DNA from: Proteromonas lacertae
Taxonomy: Eukaryota
DNA length: 64,000 nt
Assembly (NCBI GenBank): GCA_002245135.1
Contig: NGBS01000311.1
Location: 62,001 to 126,000, forward strand
Direction: 5' to 3'
Made by a program: the position numbers and the translations under genes
The notes under the pieces: model-generated
The model's input: the letters and a program-made list of their open reading frames with translations, nothing else
Database searches by the model: none
What the model was told of the DNA's origin: nothing
Shown: positions 51,016 to 64,000 of the stretch, piece after piece
Numbering within the stretch: the stretch's first letter is position 1
Layout: every line of letters starts with the position of its first letter

Positions 51016-52333
51016 ATGTCCTCAGAATCCAAAACAATCTACCATTTGACTGGTTTTACCCCATCTTTGGAGCCAGATCGAGTATCTTATAATATTTATG
51101 TCAATAGATAAGACAGCTTTTCACTAATAATTATATAAATGTCAAAGCGATATTTTTATCTGAATTAATCACCACATCAAACAGTATTTAAGTTTTTTCT
51201 ATTATTTAGGTGAGTGTTATGTTTGTACAAATAATGAAGAGACCAGTAAAATGTTTGAATCTCCTTATATAAACGTAAGACTCTCTGATATCGTATATTT
51301 CTATTCTTTATAAAAATATCTAGTGTCAATCCACAATTGAGGTTGAGAATATAGGTATTGGTAATTTAGAAGAAATTGGCAAGCACTTATTAGTCAAGAA
51401 TGTTCCAAAAATCTCAGATCGATTAATTAGAGATAAATTCACAAAGTATGAAGGATTACAAGAATTAATCTTCTTAAACGAAATGCATCCAAATACAAAC
51501 CAGTGTATAAGCATCCTATTAAGGTATGATCAACAATTATCAGGTTTAAATGTATATTGTACAATGAACAACCAGCCAATTATATTAGTATAAATATATA
51601 GATTAGTAATTATAAATATATAGGGTGAAACTCCACTACAAATCTCATTATTATCTCAATCAAGATTTACTACATTATCATCGTCGTTCTTCTTAGATCG
51701 ACAAACAGAATCATCATCGTATGTGCAACAATCACCAGAACCATTAAACTCACCAAATCACCCACAACAACAACAACAACAGCAACAACAACAACAACAA
51801 CAGAATAATAATTCAACTCAAGCCAATAGATTATCAGCAAACAGTGTTCCATTTTACCCAAGTAACTTCACAGTCAGTACAATTGGTAGCAATAATAATA
51901 ATCCCAAAGATAACAATGCATCAACACCTGAAGAATTAAATGATTGGAGACAAAGAGCATCTTCCTACAATTCCTCTGCTGTTCATGGTAGTTTCACTGA
52001 TTCAGAAGAGCCAATACCTCCACCAATATCAACAGTAGTACATTCTCAACCAGCCAGTAGTATCAGCTCACCAGTTTACTCATTTACACGACACTTACAT
52101 CAATCATCAGCACATTTCTATCCACAAATGCAATTACCACCTATTGCACAACAACCAAACCAACAACAACAACAACAAATACCTCAGATTACACGTTCAT
52201 ATAGTCATAATTATGAATATTCACCAGCATTACAATCTCAATTATATGCTACTCAATATGGTCAATTATCACCACCATTACAATATATTCAACCACAACA
52301 AATGCAACCATCACCATTACCACCATTAGCTCC

Positions 52334-52364
<31 letters not shown>

Positions 52365-53384
52365 CCTCAATTATCACCATATTCTCAATCACCTTATGGT
52401 AGTAATAATGGAAGTAGTGGCATTAGTATAATAGGTAATAATGGTATGGTAAGTCCATATCAATATTCAACACCTAATTCAACATCGTCACCAACAACAC
52501 CTGGTATAATAAGTAACAATCATTTACCACCACCACCATCTTCATCAATACCATCTCAACAACAATTACCAATACCACTGTTAGCACCACAATATACTAG
52601 TCAAACTCCACCATCTTATCCACAATATATTAACAACAATAATAATCCTAATAATATATATCATAATCAATATATTAGCACACCATCATCAGCAGCTAGT
52701 TCACCATTTATTACTGGTAATGATACTCCTAATAGTTATACAAGCAGTGGTGTTTGTTCACCTGTTGATATAGATTACAATAACTATTTATATTACAATA
52801 ATAGTGGTCAAAGTATAGTTTCAATGATGAGTAATATGATAATTGATCCTAATAATAGTAATAATGGTAATATGAATAATTCAATACCTTCTCCACATGG
52901 TATAATGCAACAATCACCACTACAACAGTCACCACTTCAACAAGCACAACAATCTCAACAACAATTACCTCCACCTATACCTCAACCTGGTGGTATTGCG
53001 TATTTACCGATTAGAGCAAATCCTGCTCCTGTTATGAATAGAGATTATGAACTTCCTAGTGGATTATCGGCTGGATCTTGTGGTGTTGGTTATGATCCTA
53101 ATAGAGAAGGACCACCAGGTGCTAATTTGTTTATATATAATATTCCCAAGACTTATGGTGACTTACATCTTTATCATGCCTTTGAAAGATTTGGTACAAT
53201 CTTAAGTGCAAAAGTGTTTATTGATAAACCGAGTGGTACGACAAGAGGTTTTGGTTTTGTGAGTTTTGGTTCGCCAGAGAGTGCTCAAATGGCAATTCGT
53301 GAGATGAATGGTAAGACGTTAGAAGGTAGAAAAATTAAGGTTGAAATTAAGCGTAGAGATGCAAATGATGATAATGGCAAATAA
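51016..53384 (+). CDS. RNA-binding protein with a CELF/Bruno-type C-terminal RRM and Q/P/N-rich region
   Basis: REGPPGANLFIY (RNP2), SAKVFIDK, RGFGFVSF (RNP1); several 5' micro-introns. Confidence 0.8.
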
Positions 53385-53578
53385 GAATAGTTGTTGTTTA
53401 TGGATGTTGTTATTTATTAACATATTTGTCAATGTAATGATGTGTTATGTGAATTGTATTTATTTTTTGTTGGTTTTATATAATAAAATAACATAGGAGA
53501 GAAGAAAATAACAAAAAACTAAGTGTGGTGTATGAAAATTTTGACCCCAGAAAACGTAAATAAAATATTTAATCAAAA

Positions 53579-54873
53579 ATGAAGTTTTTATTGGTAAGTC
53601 TACTTATATATAGTTTGTGTCATGCAGCATTGTGTCCTAACATGTGTAGTGGACATGGTACTTGCTCAAAATCTGGCACCTGTGTGTGTAATCCTTCATT
53701 TACTAGTGGTGATTGCTCTGAACGTATATTTACTCTGAATAATTTTATTTTAGGTGTATGTCCTTATGGACACCCATATGTTGATCCACTTGTGAAAAAA
53801 GATGAACCAAACGAAGCATTACATAGTTTCTTGGAATGTTCAGGTCAGGGTGAATGTGACAGAGCAACTGGAATTTGTACATGTCATCCAGGTTATACAG
53901 GTGATGCTTGTCAAAGAGAAAGATGTCCAAACGACTGTAGTGGACATGGTGTATGTACAGCAGTAAAATATATGACATACCACAATGGTGTTTATGAGGA
54001 GGTGGATGATCCTTATGGTTATTCTTTCTGGGATGGAGCACAGTCTCATATATGTAAATGTGATGATGAATATACAGGTTATGACTGTAGTGAGAAGAAG
54101 TGTGCTATTGGTTATATGAGTTTAAGTGATTGTGATACTCCACTTGATGGAAATACACAAACTATTAAGATAGAAGTGAAAGTGAAATTCAATTAATTTT
54201 ACAACTGATTCTACTAAAATTAATGCATTAATGGGATATTTACAATATACAGATTCATTTGGAAGAGTTTGGTTTAGTGATGCTTTTAATTTCTTAAGTA
54301 CAAAAGATAAAGATTTATTATTAGATGTTAATAATAAAGCAAATTATGTCCCTTATAAACTTAAAGGATGGTGGACAATATTAAATAGTTTCCCACCAGG
54401 TACAATCAATGTAGAAAAAGTTGAAATATATAATGGTGATGGATTAACTGATATGTATTTCATCAACTGATGATAAAAAAGATTGTAATAAAAAACCTGA
54501 AGATATTAAAATAACTGCTACTTACACAATTCGTTATAACATATGGTCCACATCAAACAGGCAGTTATAGTGATAATATTGAAATATTAACACCAAAAGA
54601 AGTAGGAGAAAGATCATCAGGATTTGATGGTGGTTATCATGGATTATCATCAAAATCCAATTCCAGGATGTTTATATGAATCAAAAGAATGCAACAAACA
54701 AAATTGAACTAGCAACAGATTATGAAATAAAAGAATTGACAATTCAAACAACAATCATTCCACCACCAACAAAATGTTCTGGAAATGGCATTTGTGATAC
54801 AACAACTGGATTATGTACTTGTTTCACTGGATATTACGGTCTAGCATGTACTGAACAAGCTGCATTATTATAA
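53579..54873 (+). CDS. Secreted EGF/tenascin-like protein (several apparent frameshifts)
   Basis: Signal peptide; CPNMCSGHGTC, ECSGQGECD...GYTGDAC, terminal CSGNGICDTTTGLCTCFTGYYGLAC. Confidence 0.75.
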
Positions 54874-54954
54874 ATATATTATTTTTATATATTATTATTA
54901 GAATTTATTATTTGATTTTCAAACTAACACAAAAGAAATAGAAAAATAATAAAA

Positions 54955-57900
54955 TTATTTATAAGATCCAAATGATATATTCTTCCACTTATTAAATATA
55001 TTCGATTTATACTGCAAATCACTCAAATCATTCTTAATCTTATCATCCAAGTCATTTCCATCATTATTCATCCCAGGATATGATAATATCATTGATTTAT
55101 ATTTATTCCTCTTATTATAACCTTTAGAAGCATAAATCTTCCATGATAAAAACACTAATTTAATCATCTTATATCTCCAATGAAAGAATGCTTTTCTGTT
55201 TTTACTTTCTCTAATTGATTTTTTTGTTGTATATTCCTTCCAATTATTAAATACTTTCAACAAACATTTCTTCTTCCAATATTTAATATATTTCCTTTCA
55301 TAGTAATATTTATTTTTCTTCCTTATAATCCAATTCTTCCATTTATTTAATATATATCTTTGTCTTTCTTCTTTTGTCATATAGGAATAAATAAATCGAT
55401 TAATATATTTCTTATATTGTAAAACATTACATCTTAACTTTGATAGTTTATTCTTCATTTCTATTACATCATTTTCTTCTTTCCATTTTTCATAATACAA
55501 TTTCAATTGATTATTAATTCTATACACTTTAAACTCCTTATATCTTTCTCTCATTTCTTTATTATAATCAGTAATATATTTCAATTGATAAATAGCTCTT
55601 CTTTGTAGATTGATATCACCAATTTTATCTAATTCATTAAAATACTCTTTCTTTTGATTTCTATATTTTATATACTCTTTATATTTCATCCAGTAATAAT
55701 ACATTGTAATTCTCTGGAATATTGGATATAAAGCTAAGAATAATTGCCTTTGTTTGTCTTTATATAGTTTATAATTCCTCCATTCTCTTAATATCATCCG
55801 ATGTAATTGTTTAGTGTAAATGTTCTTTATTTTAACTTTGTGATATTTCTCTAGTATCAAATATTGAATTCCTAATTTCCATTTCTTAAAGAAAGTAGAT
55901 TTCATATTGATCTCATAATATTCAACAGCCATTCTATAGTTCTTATTATCAACAACATTCTGTTTAAAACTATTAAAACATTTAAATATTAAATTATTAT
56001 TATATAATCTATCACAATGTTGATATATTTGTCTTTCTTCAGTTTTGTATTGATGATATAATTGCCATTTATTCATACATATATGTAATGTTTTAATATT
56101 TTGATTGTGACTGTATATACATAACTTATAATAGTCTTTCATATAATTGAAATATTCAGATTTTATCTTGTTATTATATTCCTATCAGCAACTCTTCACA
56201 TTTTTCTTTTATCTCTTTTTCATGGTTTTTATATTCGATAAATAACTGTAAATACTTCTTCATTATCTTTAAATCACTAAATTCTATTGCTTTATTCATA
56301 TTTTCATTATTTTTTCTTCTCTTTAACATCCCATTTCTCAATCTATCAATCAATTTCATTAACTTCTTTCTTTCATATTTCATGTAGAATTCCTCCATCC
56401 TTTCTTTCTTCTCTATACTCTTTTTAGCATAATTATTCCACTTAGATAAATATCTTTTAATGGTATATTCTTCATAAAACTCTTTTATTGGTATTTTTCC
56501 ATATTTCTCTTTATATTGTTTTGATTTATTTGTATATTCAATCCATCTTTGAATATAATTACTCATTCTAAACAACTGAGCTGTATGTTTCATATGGTTT
56601 TCCTTCTGTTTCTCAATGTAATTGTATTTCCATATTTTATAATATCTTTGCTTTAATATTGTATTATAACGGTTTATTGCTTGGTATTCTTTATTTTTAT
56701 TTTGTTTGATTATTTTGACATTTTCTCTCCATTCTTTTAACCATATTTTCTTTATATTCTTACAGTGAATTGAATATATTTCATTATATTTTCTTTTATA
56801 GAGTAATTCTTTATACCAAATTTGAATATATTTCCATCTTCTTTCATTCATTATCGTCTTCTTTTTTCTTCTCAACTAATAATAATAAAATAATAAAAAA
56901 TATAATAATATATACAATTTTCATTTTCTGTGATGCTTGATGCCAATTCATCAATATTTTATGTGTAAATTCATTCTTATAGATTGTATCAACATGTTGT
57001 GTCACGATCTGAGTATGATGTTCTGTAACGGTACTATTTCTCCAATAATCCAAAATATGTTTGACTAAAGCTTGATTATGTTTTGTATTGAATCTTTCAC
57101 CTCTTTCATTTAAGATACTTAGTTTGTGTGAGATTAAATTCCATTCAATCATTACTTTTCTTAGTAATTTAGTGAGATAATAATATCTTGATCTATCTGA
57201 AGCTTGATCTTGTAATAACATATATTTGGCATGATTTTTAAACAGTTTAAAACTATTTAATAATAAATATAAAAAATATATATAATATATATCTATACTA
57301 TTTTTTCTTCATAATCTTATTATTATGATTAATAGCTAAATAATTCAATTCTTTATATCTCTTTGATATATTCTTAAAAGATAGCCAATACTCTAAATAC
57401 CTCTTTTCTTTCCATTTCAATATAACATTTCTTATTTCAACTTGACATTTTCTATATTTCTTCATTGTATTAACTTCTTCTCTCCATTTGTCGAAGATTA
57501 TTTCTAATTTTGCTTTCTTTTTCTCCTTTTGAATAACACTAATCATCTTTTCTTTTTTTACTTTTCTTTCTAAGTAATATATCTTCCAAGCTTCAAAATA
57601 TCTGTTAATAAAGAACTTGTAGGAACTATTCAAATAAATAATAATAAATAATAATAATATATATATATATACTTTAATATATTTATTCTATTTCTCACTT
57701 TATTCACTGTATATGTAATTAATTCTTTAATTGCCCTTCTTTTAGTCTGTTTCTTACTGTATTTAATAGCTTTCTATAATAAATTAAATGAATAATAATA
57801 ATAATATATATATTTATACTCTATATAATCCATGTTTATCATAATCATTAATAACATTATACCAACAATGGAAATAATATTTCAATCTCTTATCAAGCCG

Positions 57901-59556
57901 ATGTTTGTTATATTCATTAATTATATAGCTCTTTCTCCAATTGTAGAAATATATTCTCTTTGTTTTATTCATATATTCATTGATTTGATGATAGTATAAT
58001 TGTTTTAATAATTGTTGTTTTTGAGTATAATTATGCCATTTGTAGAATATTCTTTTGATTGTTTTCTTATATGGTACATCTCTCCAGCGTATTAAATATT
58101 TCCACTGTGTAGTGAAGCGATAGTATACATATGCTTTCTTTTCATTTTCTATTTCTGCAGGATCATATATTTCAATCATCATCTTCATCTACTTTATCAT
58201 CATTTTTATCCTCTTTTTCTTCTTCTTTTTCTTCTTCATTATTATTATCATTATTATATGTTATATTAATAGTAGTAGTACCTCCATTATCTTTACTATT
58301 TCTATAAAAACTACTATCGACTATCATTAAAGCTCTCTATTTTCTTCTTACTAACATTATTATTATCACCATTATTAGATTGTGATTTTAATGATATTTT
58401 TCTCTTCTTCTTTACATCATTCTTATTATCTGGCATTATCTTCTTATCACAAGCTGGACATGGTTTATAAGATGTATAATATCTATTACTCAAATCTATT
58501 GATGATAACAATGAAGATATTTGATTATATCTTTTACCCATTGTTTTTAGAACTTCTTTTAATTTATTATGATTATTGGGTGAATGTTGTAATATTAGTG
58601 ATTTATCTTCAATATTCTCTATCATTGGCTTCTTTGTATTGTTCTCTTTATTGTTTTTTATTTCATTGAGGATGTTTATACTATCAATTGAACTATCATT
58701 TGATTCATTCACTTTATTATCTTCTTTTCTGTTTTTATTATTCATAATAATTAATGAGAAATTGTCACATACTCTACTGGGTGATGATTGGTTAGGCTTG
58801 ACATTCTGTTTGAGTGATAATGAGGTAAATGGCTGAGGTGATAACGGTACTTGTGTTTTCTTTTTCTTTAGAGGTGATATTGATTGTAATGATGTTCTTA
58901 ACTTTAATGGAGAATGAAACTTCTTGTGGTGTCTGATATGGTGGATTTTCTTTTTCTTTTTCTTTATAGGTGGATTATCCTCTCCATTATTTGTTGGTAA
59001 TGCTGTTGTAGTAATTGTTGTTGATGTCCGTTGTTTCTTTTGGTAATGATTTTATATTTGCTGAATGTTTTAGCTTTTTGAAACATTTGCGAAGTTTTCT
59101 TTTGTCTATTGTATTTGATATTTTCTATATTTTATTATAATATTATTAATACATTCAATAAACTGTCAAAATTCCTTAATTTCTGTCTTTCTTTCCACTG
59201 TAAATACCAAGATATACTTCTAGTCATATTTAAATATGATCCAGGTGAATATGATCTAAAATATAACACTTGATGGACTATACCTCGAAGAAATACCACT
59301 TGTTGTTGAAAATCTAGAGAAAGCATCTTTCACACCTTCTTCACTCACCTAATTAGAATAAATTATATTTAAATTATACTGAACTGTATGGGTCTGAACT
59401 TGATTTACTAATATCACTTATACTTCTTGACAGTACTGGTTTATTTGTGTTTGGTGGAATGTTTTCATTCTCCTATAATAGGCATTTAAACCAATTAGAT
59501 CTTTATATCTCTCAAAAAATCAATTTTAAATTCAAATTTCAAACTTTCACAAACAT
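54955..59556 (-). CDS. Sfi1-like centrin-binding repeat protein (multi-exon; 5' end uncertain)
   Basis: Many basic helical repeats with periodic F/L-x-x-W(K/R) across ORFs 54955-58188; low-complexity N-terminus. Confidence 0.65.
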
Positions 59557-59878
59557 GTTTGTTTTTTAAAAAAAGAGAAAATCATTTAAAATGCTCTTTG
59601 ACTAGTGTTTATAATAGTGATTGAATATTAAAAACAAAAAACTCAAAATATAAAAAAGAATCATTCATAATGTTGAGTAAACTTCTTATAAAGTGTTTTA
59701 CACTTCAAAACAGTACATCTAAAAAGTGAATAAGACCATTTCACACAATATGACAGTGTTTGAACAATGAATTAACCAAAAATATCTAAATTTTATTGAA
59801 ATAGTGATTTAATACTGAAGCAAAAAGCGGGAAAGCTTTCAATTTTTTTGATTTCTTCTATTTTTATAGGATCAGAAG

Positions 59879-61504
59879 ATGGCTAGTATAATGATTATTT
59901 TTATTTTCATAGGCAAAGGAATAGATATAAAGAAAGAATTAGGGGTTGGAATTGAAGGTGATGAAGAAACTGTAGTTACTCGTTTACATAAGTTATATGA
60001 GTCGAAAATCAAACCATTAGAAAAACAATACATGTTTGATAGATTTTATCAACCACTTATGGATGAAAAGGATTTTCATTGTAAACCTCAAGTTTTACTG
60101 ATTGGACAATACTCCGTTGGTAAAACCTCATTTATCCAGTTCATGTTGGAAAGAGACTTCCCAGGAGCAAGAATTGGTCCAGAACCAACCACAGATCGTT
60201 TCAATGCAATTATGTATGGTGATGAAGAAAGAGTAGTGCCAGGTAATGCAGCAGCCATGTCAGCAGAGTTTCCTTTCTCTAATTTAACCAAATTCGGTAC
60301 AGGTTTCTTAAATCGATTTGAAGTTGCTCAATTACCTAGTCCAATATTAGAAAAAGTATCATTCATTGATACACCCGGTATTTTATCAGGTGAAAAGCAA
60401 AGATTAGGCAGAACTTACGATTATGCTGAAGTAATTGAATGGTGGGCAGATAGAGTAGATAGAATCTTATTATTATTTGATGCCCACAAATTAGATATTT
60501 CTGATGAGTTCAAATTCGCCATCGAGTCATTACGAGGAAATGATGACAAGATCCGTATTATATTGAACAAAGCTGATTCAGTAGATCAACAACAATTAAT
60601 GAGAATATATGGTGCATTGATGTGGTCCTTAGGCCGTGTTATTACCACTCCAGAATCATTGAGAGTGTATTTAGGATCATTCTGGGATAAACCATTGAAA
60701 TATAAAGATTTTGAAGCTTTATTTGCAGTAGAACAAAGAGATTTATTCTCTGATTTAAGAAACTTACCTAGAAATGCAGCTGTTAGAAAGATTAATGATT
60801 TAGTAAAGAGAGTGAGATTAGCTAAAACACATGCATTATTATTAAGTAGATTAAGAAATGAAATGCCAAAGATGTTCGGTAAAGAAAAGAAGAAGCAGGA
60901 GTTAATCGATGGAATGTTGGAAATATTCAGAAGTGTACAGACTGAATATAGATTACCCGCCTCCGATTTTCCACCATTAGAGAAGTTTAAAGAATTATTA
61001 CAAGCTCATGATTTCACTACATTCCCTAAATATGATAAGAAATTATTTGATGCAATGGAAGAAGCTTTAAGTCAAGATATTCCTCAGTTAATGAACAACT
61101 TACCATCAGCTACAAAGAAGGCAGAAGGTGAAGAAGAAGATGATGATGACAAAGCAGCAGCTGATAATCCATTTGAAACACTTACTTTAGAAAAGCATGT
61201 AACTTGGATTATTACTCCATCAATGAAAGAAGAATCTGATGCAATATTTTCTACACTAAGACAGAATAACGGTAAGATATCTGGTTCTATAGCGAAGGAT
61301 GTAATGATGAAAAGTGATTTACCACAAGAAGATTTGAGAAAGATTTGGCAATTAGCTGATATTGATAAAGATGGTAAATTTGATAATAGTGAGTTTGCTG
61401 TAGCTATGTTTTTAGTGAATATGAGAGTGAAAGGTGAAGAATTACCTGATAAATTACCTGAATCATATATTCCACCATCTAAGAGAGGAAAGAGTAAGAT
61501 TTAG
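59879..61504 (+). CDS. EHD: EH-domain-containing dynamin-like ATPase
   Basis: GQYSVGKT, IGPEPTTDRF, DTPGILSGEKQR, NKAD, NPF, C-terminal EH domain; 27-nt intron 59886-59912. Confidence 0.95.
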   Translation: MASIMIIFIFIGKGIDIKKELGVGIEGDEETVVTRLHKLYESKIKPLEKQYMFDRFYQPLMDEKDFHCKPQVLLIGQYSVGKTSFIQFMLERDFPGARIGPEPTTDRFNAIMYGDEERVVPGNAAAMSAEFPFSNLTKFGTGFLNRFEVAQLPSPILEKVSFIDTPGILSGEKQRLGRTYDYAEVIEWWADRVDRILLLFDAHKLDISDEFKFAIESLRGNDDKIRIILNKADSVDQQQLMRIYGALMWSLGRVITTPESLRVYLGSFWDKPLKYKDFEALFAVEQRDLFSDLRNLPRNAAVRKINDLVKRVRLAKTHALLLSRLRNEMPKMFGKEKKKQELIDGMLEIFRSVQTEYRLPASDFPPLEKFKELLQAHDFTTFPKYDKKLFDAMEEALSQDIPQLMNNLPSATKKAEGEEEDDDDKAAADNPFETLTLEKHVTWIITPSMKEESDAIFSTLRQNNGKISGSIAKDVMMKSDLPQEDLRKIWQLADIDKDGKFDNSEFAVAMFLVNMRVKGEELPDKLPESYIPPSKRGKSKI

Positions 61505-61706
61505 ATTAAAATAATATTGTTATACACAAAATTGTAATTAAAAAATAATACTATATTCTATTATTATTATTAAATAATTATATACATTTTCACTTGATCA
61601 TTTGTTGTTTCTGTTTGTAAATATATATATAAAGAAAAAACAGTTGAAAATAAAGGAATAATTACAGAATTAAAATAATTACCATACATAAAGCATATAT
61701 AATTAT

Positions 61707-62570
61707 TCATTTAATTTCATCATCAACCCATAATTCAGTTGGCTTTATTGGAAATATTCCACTCTGTTTATCCAACTCAATCAGTTCAGAATTGAATGTA
61801 TTTATTGAAGTATCATTAAATGCACTGTATAAACATGAATCACTATCACTAATTGGTAATTGCTTTGATATTATATACTTTGAAAGTAATAATACACAAT
61901 TAATCTTCTCTTTCCGATCTTTTGATGTTATTAAGGCTGTATCATATGCAGTGAGTGTATTACCAATTATTATAATTGAATTTAGTTCATTCCAGTGAGT
62001 ATTGAGTATATTACTGTAGAGAGATATGTTACAATGAATCATATAATATAATACTGGAAATTTAGTATCTATATTGATTTGGTAAGATGATAACAGTGGA
62101 ATTCCATCAAAATAAGTGATAGTCTGTTTATCACAATCATTGAACAATGGATCGTAATGATTACATGATATATCTAAATGACGAGATAATAATATAGATA
62201 ATGCTAATTGATAAGTTGAAGGAATAGAAACTGGTTGATAAAGATCCTAAACCATACGAAATAAATGTTTGAATTTTCTATATATTGGATTATATACATT
62301 AACTATACATAATTTTCAAGAAATTTGATTATAAAAGAGAGTAATTCGGTGTTATTGATAATGGGAATTAATTTATCTATTTTGGAAATTATATATTCTT
62401 TATCATAATTAATTCTATTCAATAAAACTATATTAAATATACGCATCATTGCCAGACAGTAAATCAGCTAACTTATTATTCCTTGCTCTAACATTATAAT
62501 AATAAAATAGATACTTTCCTTTGGTTCTCCTTTTTCGTTTCACTGTTATAAAATCATCTGTCTGACTCAT
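61707..62570 (-). CDS. SRR1: SRR1-domain protein (apparent +1 frameshift at ~62230)
   Basis: YGLGS, YQLAL, YDPLF, YMIHC, LYSNIL, IIGN, AFNDTS. Confidence 0.75.
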
Positions 62571-62657
62571 TAAAAATTAAAAATTATAAATATAGAAAAA
62601 TTGATTCGTTTTATATTTAATCGTTTTTTAATTTCTTTCTTTCTGTTTTTTAATTGA

Positions 62658-63440
62658 ATGAACTCTCCAGATCACAATTCTGATGGTTCAAACGTCGGGT
62701 CAAAACATGCATCGCCAGGTGGCACTCCCTTACACAACAGTTTTCAACATGAACCTCCTTCAGCTCAACTAGCCAATGGCATACCCATCTTAGCAAAATT
62801 CAAAGAGACAGAAAATTTAAGAAAAGACTCAATAACAAAATTAAGAGAACAAATGGATCCTAACAGAAAACTCTCTGCTTTCAATGCCAAGAATGCTCGT
62901 TTAGGTTTCTTACATAAAAAGTCAACTTTGGAAGAAGAAGACGATGATGATGCTGAAGGTTTCATCATTAAGAAATACAAAGCTTTAGTGAATGAATTAA
63001 CCCCAGAAGAAGTAGAAGAATTCAAAGCTGCCTTTGATAAAGCAGATCCAGATCATACAGATAACATATCTTTAGCACAATTAGAAAATGCTATTCGATC
63101 TATGGGTCACAATCCAACACAACAGGAGATGAAGGATATTTTAGCACTGGCAGATCTTGATAAATCAGGTACTGTGTCTTACCAAGAATTTCTAACACTA
63201 ATGGCTTTACAAATGAAACAACCTTTCACCGAAGAGGAATTATTAGCTGCATTTGAATTGTTTGATTTAGAAGATGGTGAAGCTGAAGGTGTAGTTGATG
63301 CTGAGATGATGAAACAAGCAATGATTGATTTATTACCAAATACTACAGAAGAAGAGATTAATGAGTTTATAGCATCAACAGAACCTGATGAGAATGGTCA
63401 GATAGATTATATTAATTATGTAAAGAAATTAATATCTTAA
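62658..63440 (+). CDS. Calmodulin/centrin-like EF-hand protein with an N-terminal extension
   Basis: LTPEEVEEFKAAF, SMGHNPTQQE, DLDKSGTVSYQEF, DENGQIDYINYV. Confidence 0.85.
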   Translation: MNSPDHNSDGSNVGSKHASPGGTPLHNSFQHEPPSAQLANGIPILAKFKETENLRKDSITKLREQMDPNRKLSAFNAKNARLGFLHKKSTLEEEDDDDAEGFIIKKYKALVNELTPEEVEEFKAAFDKADPDHTDNISLAQLENAIRSMGHNPTQQEMKDILALADLDKSGTVSYQEFLTLMALQMKQPFTEEELLAAFELFDLEDGEAEGVVDAEMMKQAMIDLLPNTTEEEINEFIASTEPDENGQIDYINYVKKLIS

Positions 63441-63499
63441 ATTATATATATAATAATAATAATTAATAATATATATGTATTTAGTATGTGTTTTATCTT

Positions 63500-64000
63500 T
63501 TACAATAAATCTAATTGTTCTGTACAGGCTAATCCATAAAAACCTTTGAAACATTCACATAAACCTGTTGCTCCATTACATATTCCATTATTTGCACATT
63601 GAGAAGGAGATGGTAAATCAGGATTGACAAGTGGTTTAACTTCATTTTCAAGATTTTTAACAGTAACTTCATCTTTTTCATAATAAAATTTATCATTTTC
63701 TTTATCAAGTGTTTTCTTCACAATACCAGTAGGATTATTTGATAATCCATGATATGATAGATCACTTGATTGTAGGTTTTTACTTATATCATCTGGTGTA
63801 TAAGTATTTCTAAATTTTCACCTTGTCTTCCTGTTTGATGAGATCCATATGTAATTTGAACTTGAACTTTGTTTGATTTAAACAATTTCTGTTTAATATC
63901 ATCAGTTCCATCCATATTAGATTTAATATCTTTACCATCTAATTCATATACAACTACTTTTTCTACATTCAATACACCTGGTGGGAAACTATTAACAACA
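63500..64000 (-). CDS. 3' part of an EGF/tenascin-like paralog (partial)
   Basis: SFPPG, ITYGSHQTG, YHGLS and CANNGICNGATGLCECFKGFYGLACTEQ shared with the 53579 gene; one frameshift at ~63800. Confidence 0.75.

Noticed and set aside
6950..63810. Genome-wide programmed +1 frameshifting (Euplotes-like) suggested by shifts at ~6960, 11592, 49870-49920, 54185-54690, 62230 and 63800
   Set aside because: No shared slippery or stop motif; several lie in homopolymers, and the internal duplicate at ~48337 lacks the extra A seen at 49870. Long-read indel error is more parsimonious.
1..64000. Blastocystis-type stop codons created by polyadenylation (TGTTTGTT motif)
   Set aside because: Every conserved gene examined has a genomic stop; mostly degenerate TGTT tracts follow them.
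1..64000. tRNA, rRNA or snoRNA genes
   Set aside because: No convincing cloverleaf, rRNA segment or paired C/D boxes found by eye; a covariance-model scan is needed to exclude them.

Overview
Very AT-rich, gene-dense eukaryotic nuclear DNA with many tiny (~27-41 nt) GT-AG introns. The architecture resembles an anaerobic gut stramenopile such as Blastocystis/Proteromonas (inference, not proven). Core genes: BTB-BACK protein, coiled-coil membrane protein, PIWI-clade Argonaute with a degenerate catalytic tetrad, agmatine deiminase, Byr4/Bfa1-motif protein, long tRNase Z, Sec15/EXOC6, pseudokinase-LRR, TPT/SLC35E transporter, NEMP, CELF-like RRM protein, two EGF/tenascin-like paralogs, Sfi1-like protein, EHD ATPase, SRR1 and a calmodulin/centrin-like protein. 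Two accessory zones stand out. (1) A ~13 kb, almost intronless glycan-modification island (19.15-32.17 kb) of type II membrane glycosyl- and methyltransferases plus pseudogene chimeras. It is bracketed by a 104-bp direct repeat and carries a 712-bp internal inverted repeat, genes packed with 0, -1 and 5 bp spacing, and a GC-rich pseudoknot-like element. (2) A locus (39.5-50.5 kb) encoding a ~2,500-aa protein with ~22 copies of an unrecognised ~45-aa domain, next to a rearranged paralog in which one domain is tandemly amplified 9 times. Scattered small frameshifts are most likely long-read assembly errors. All exon boundaries were read by eye and are approximate.
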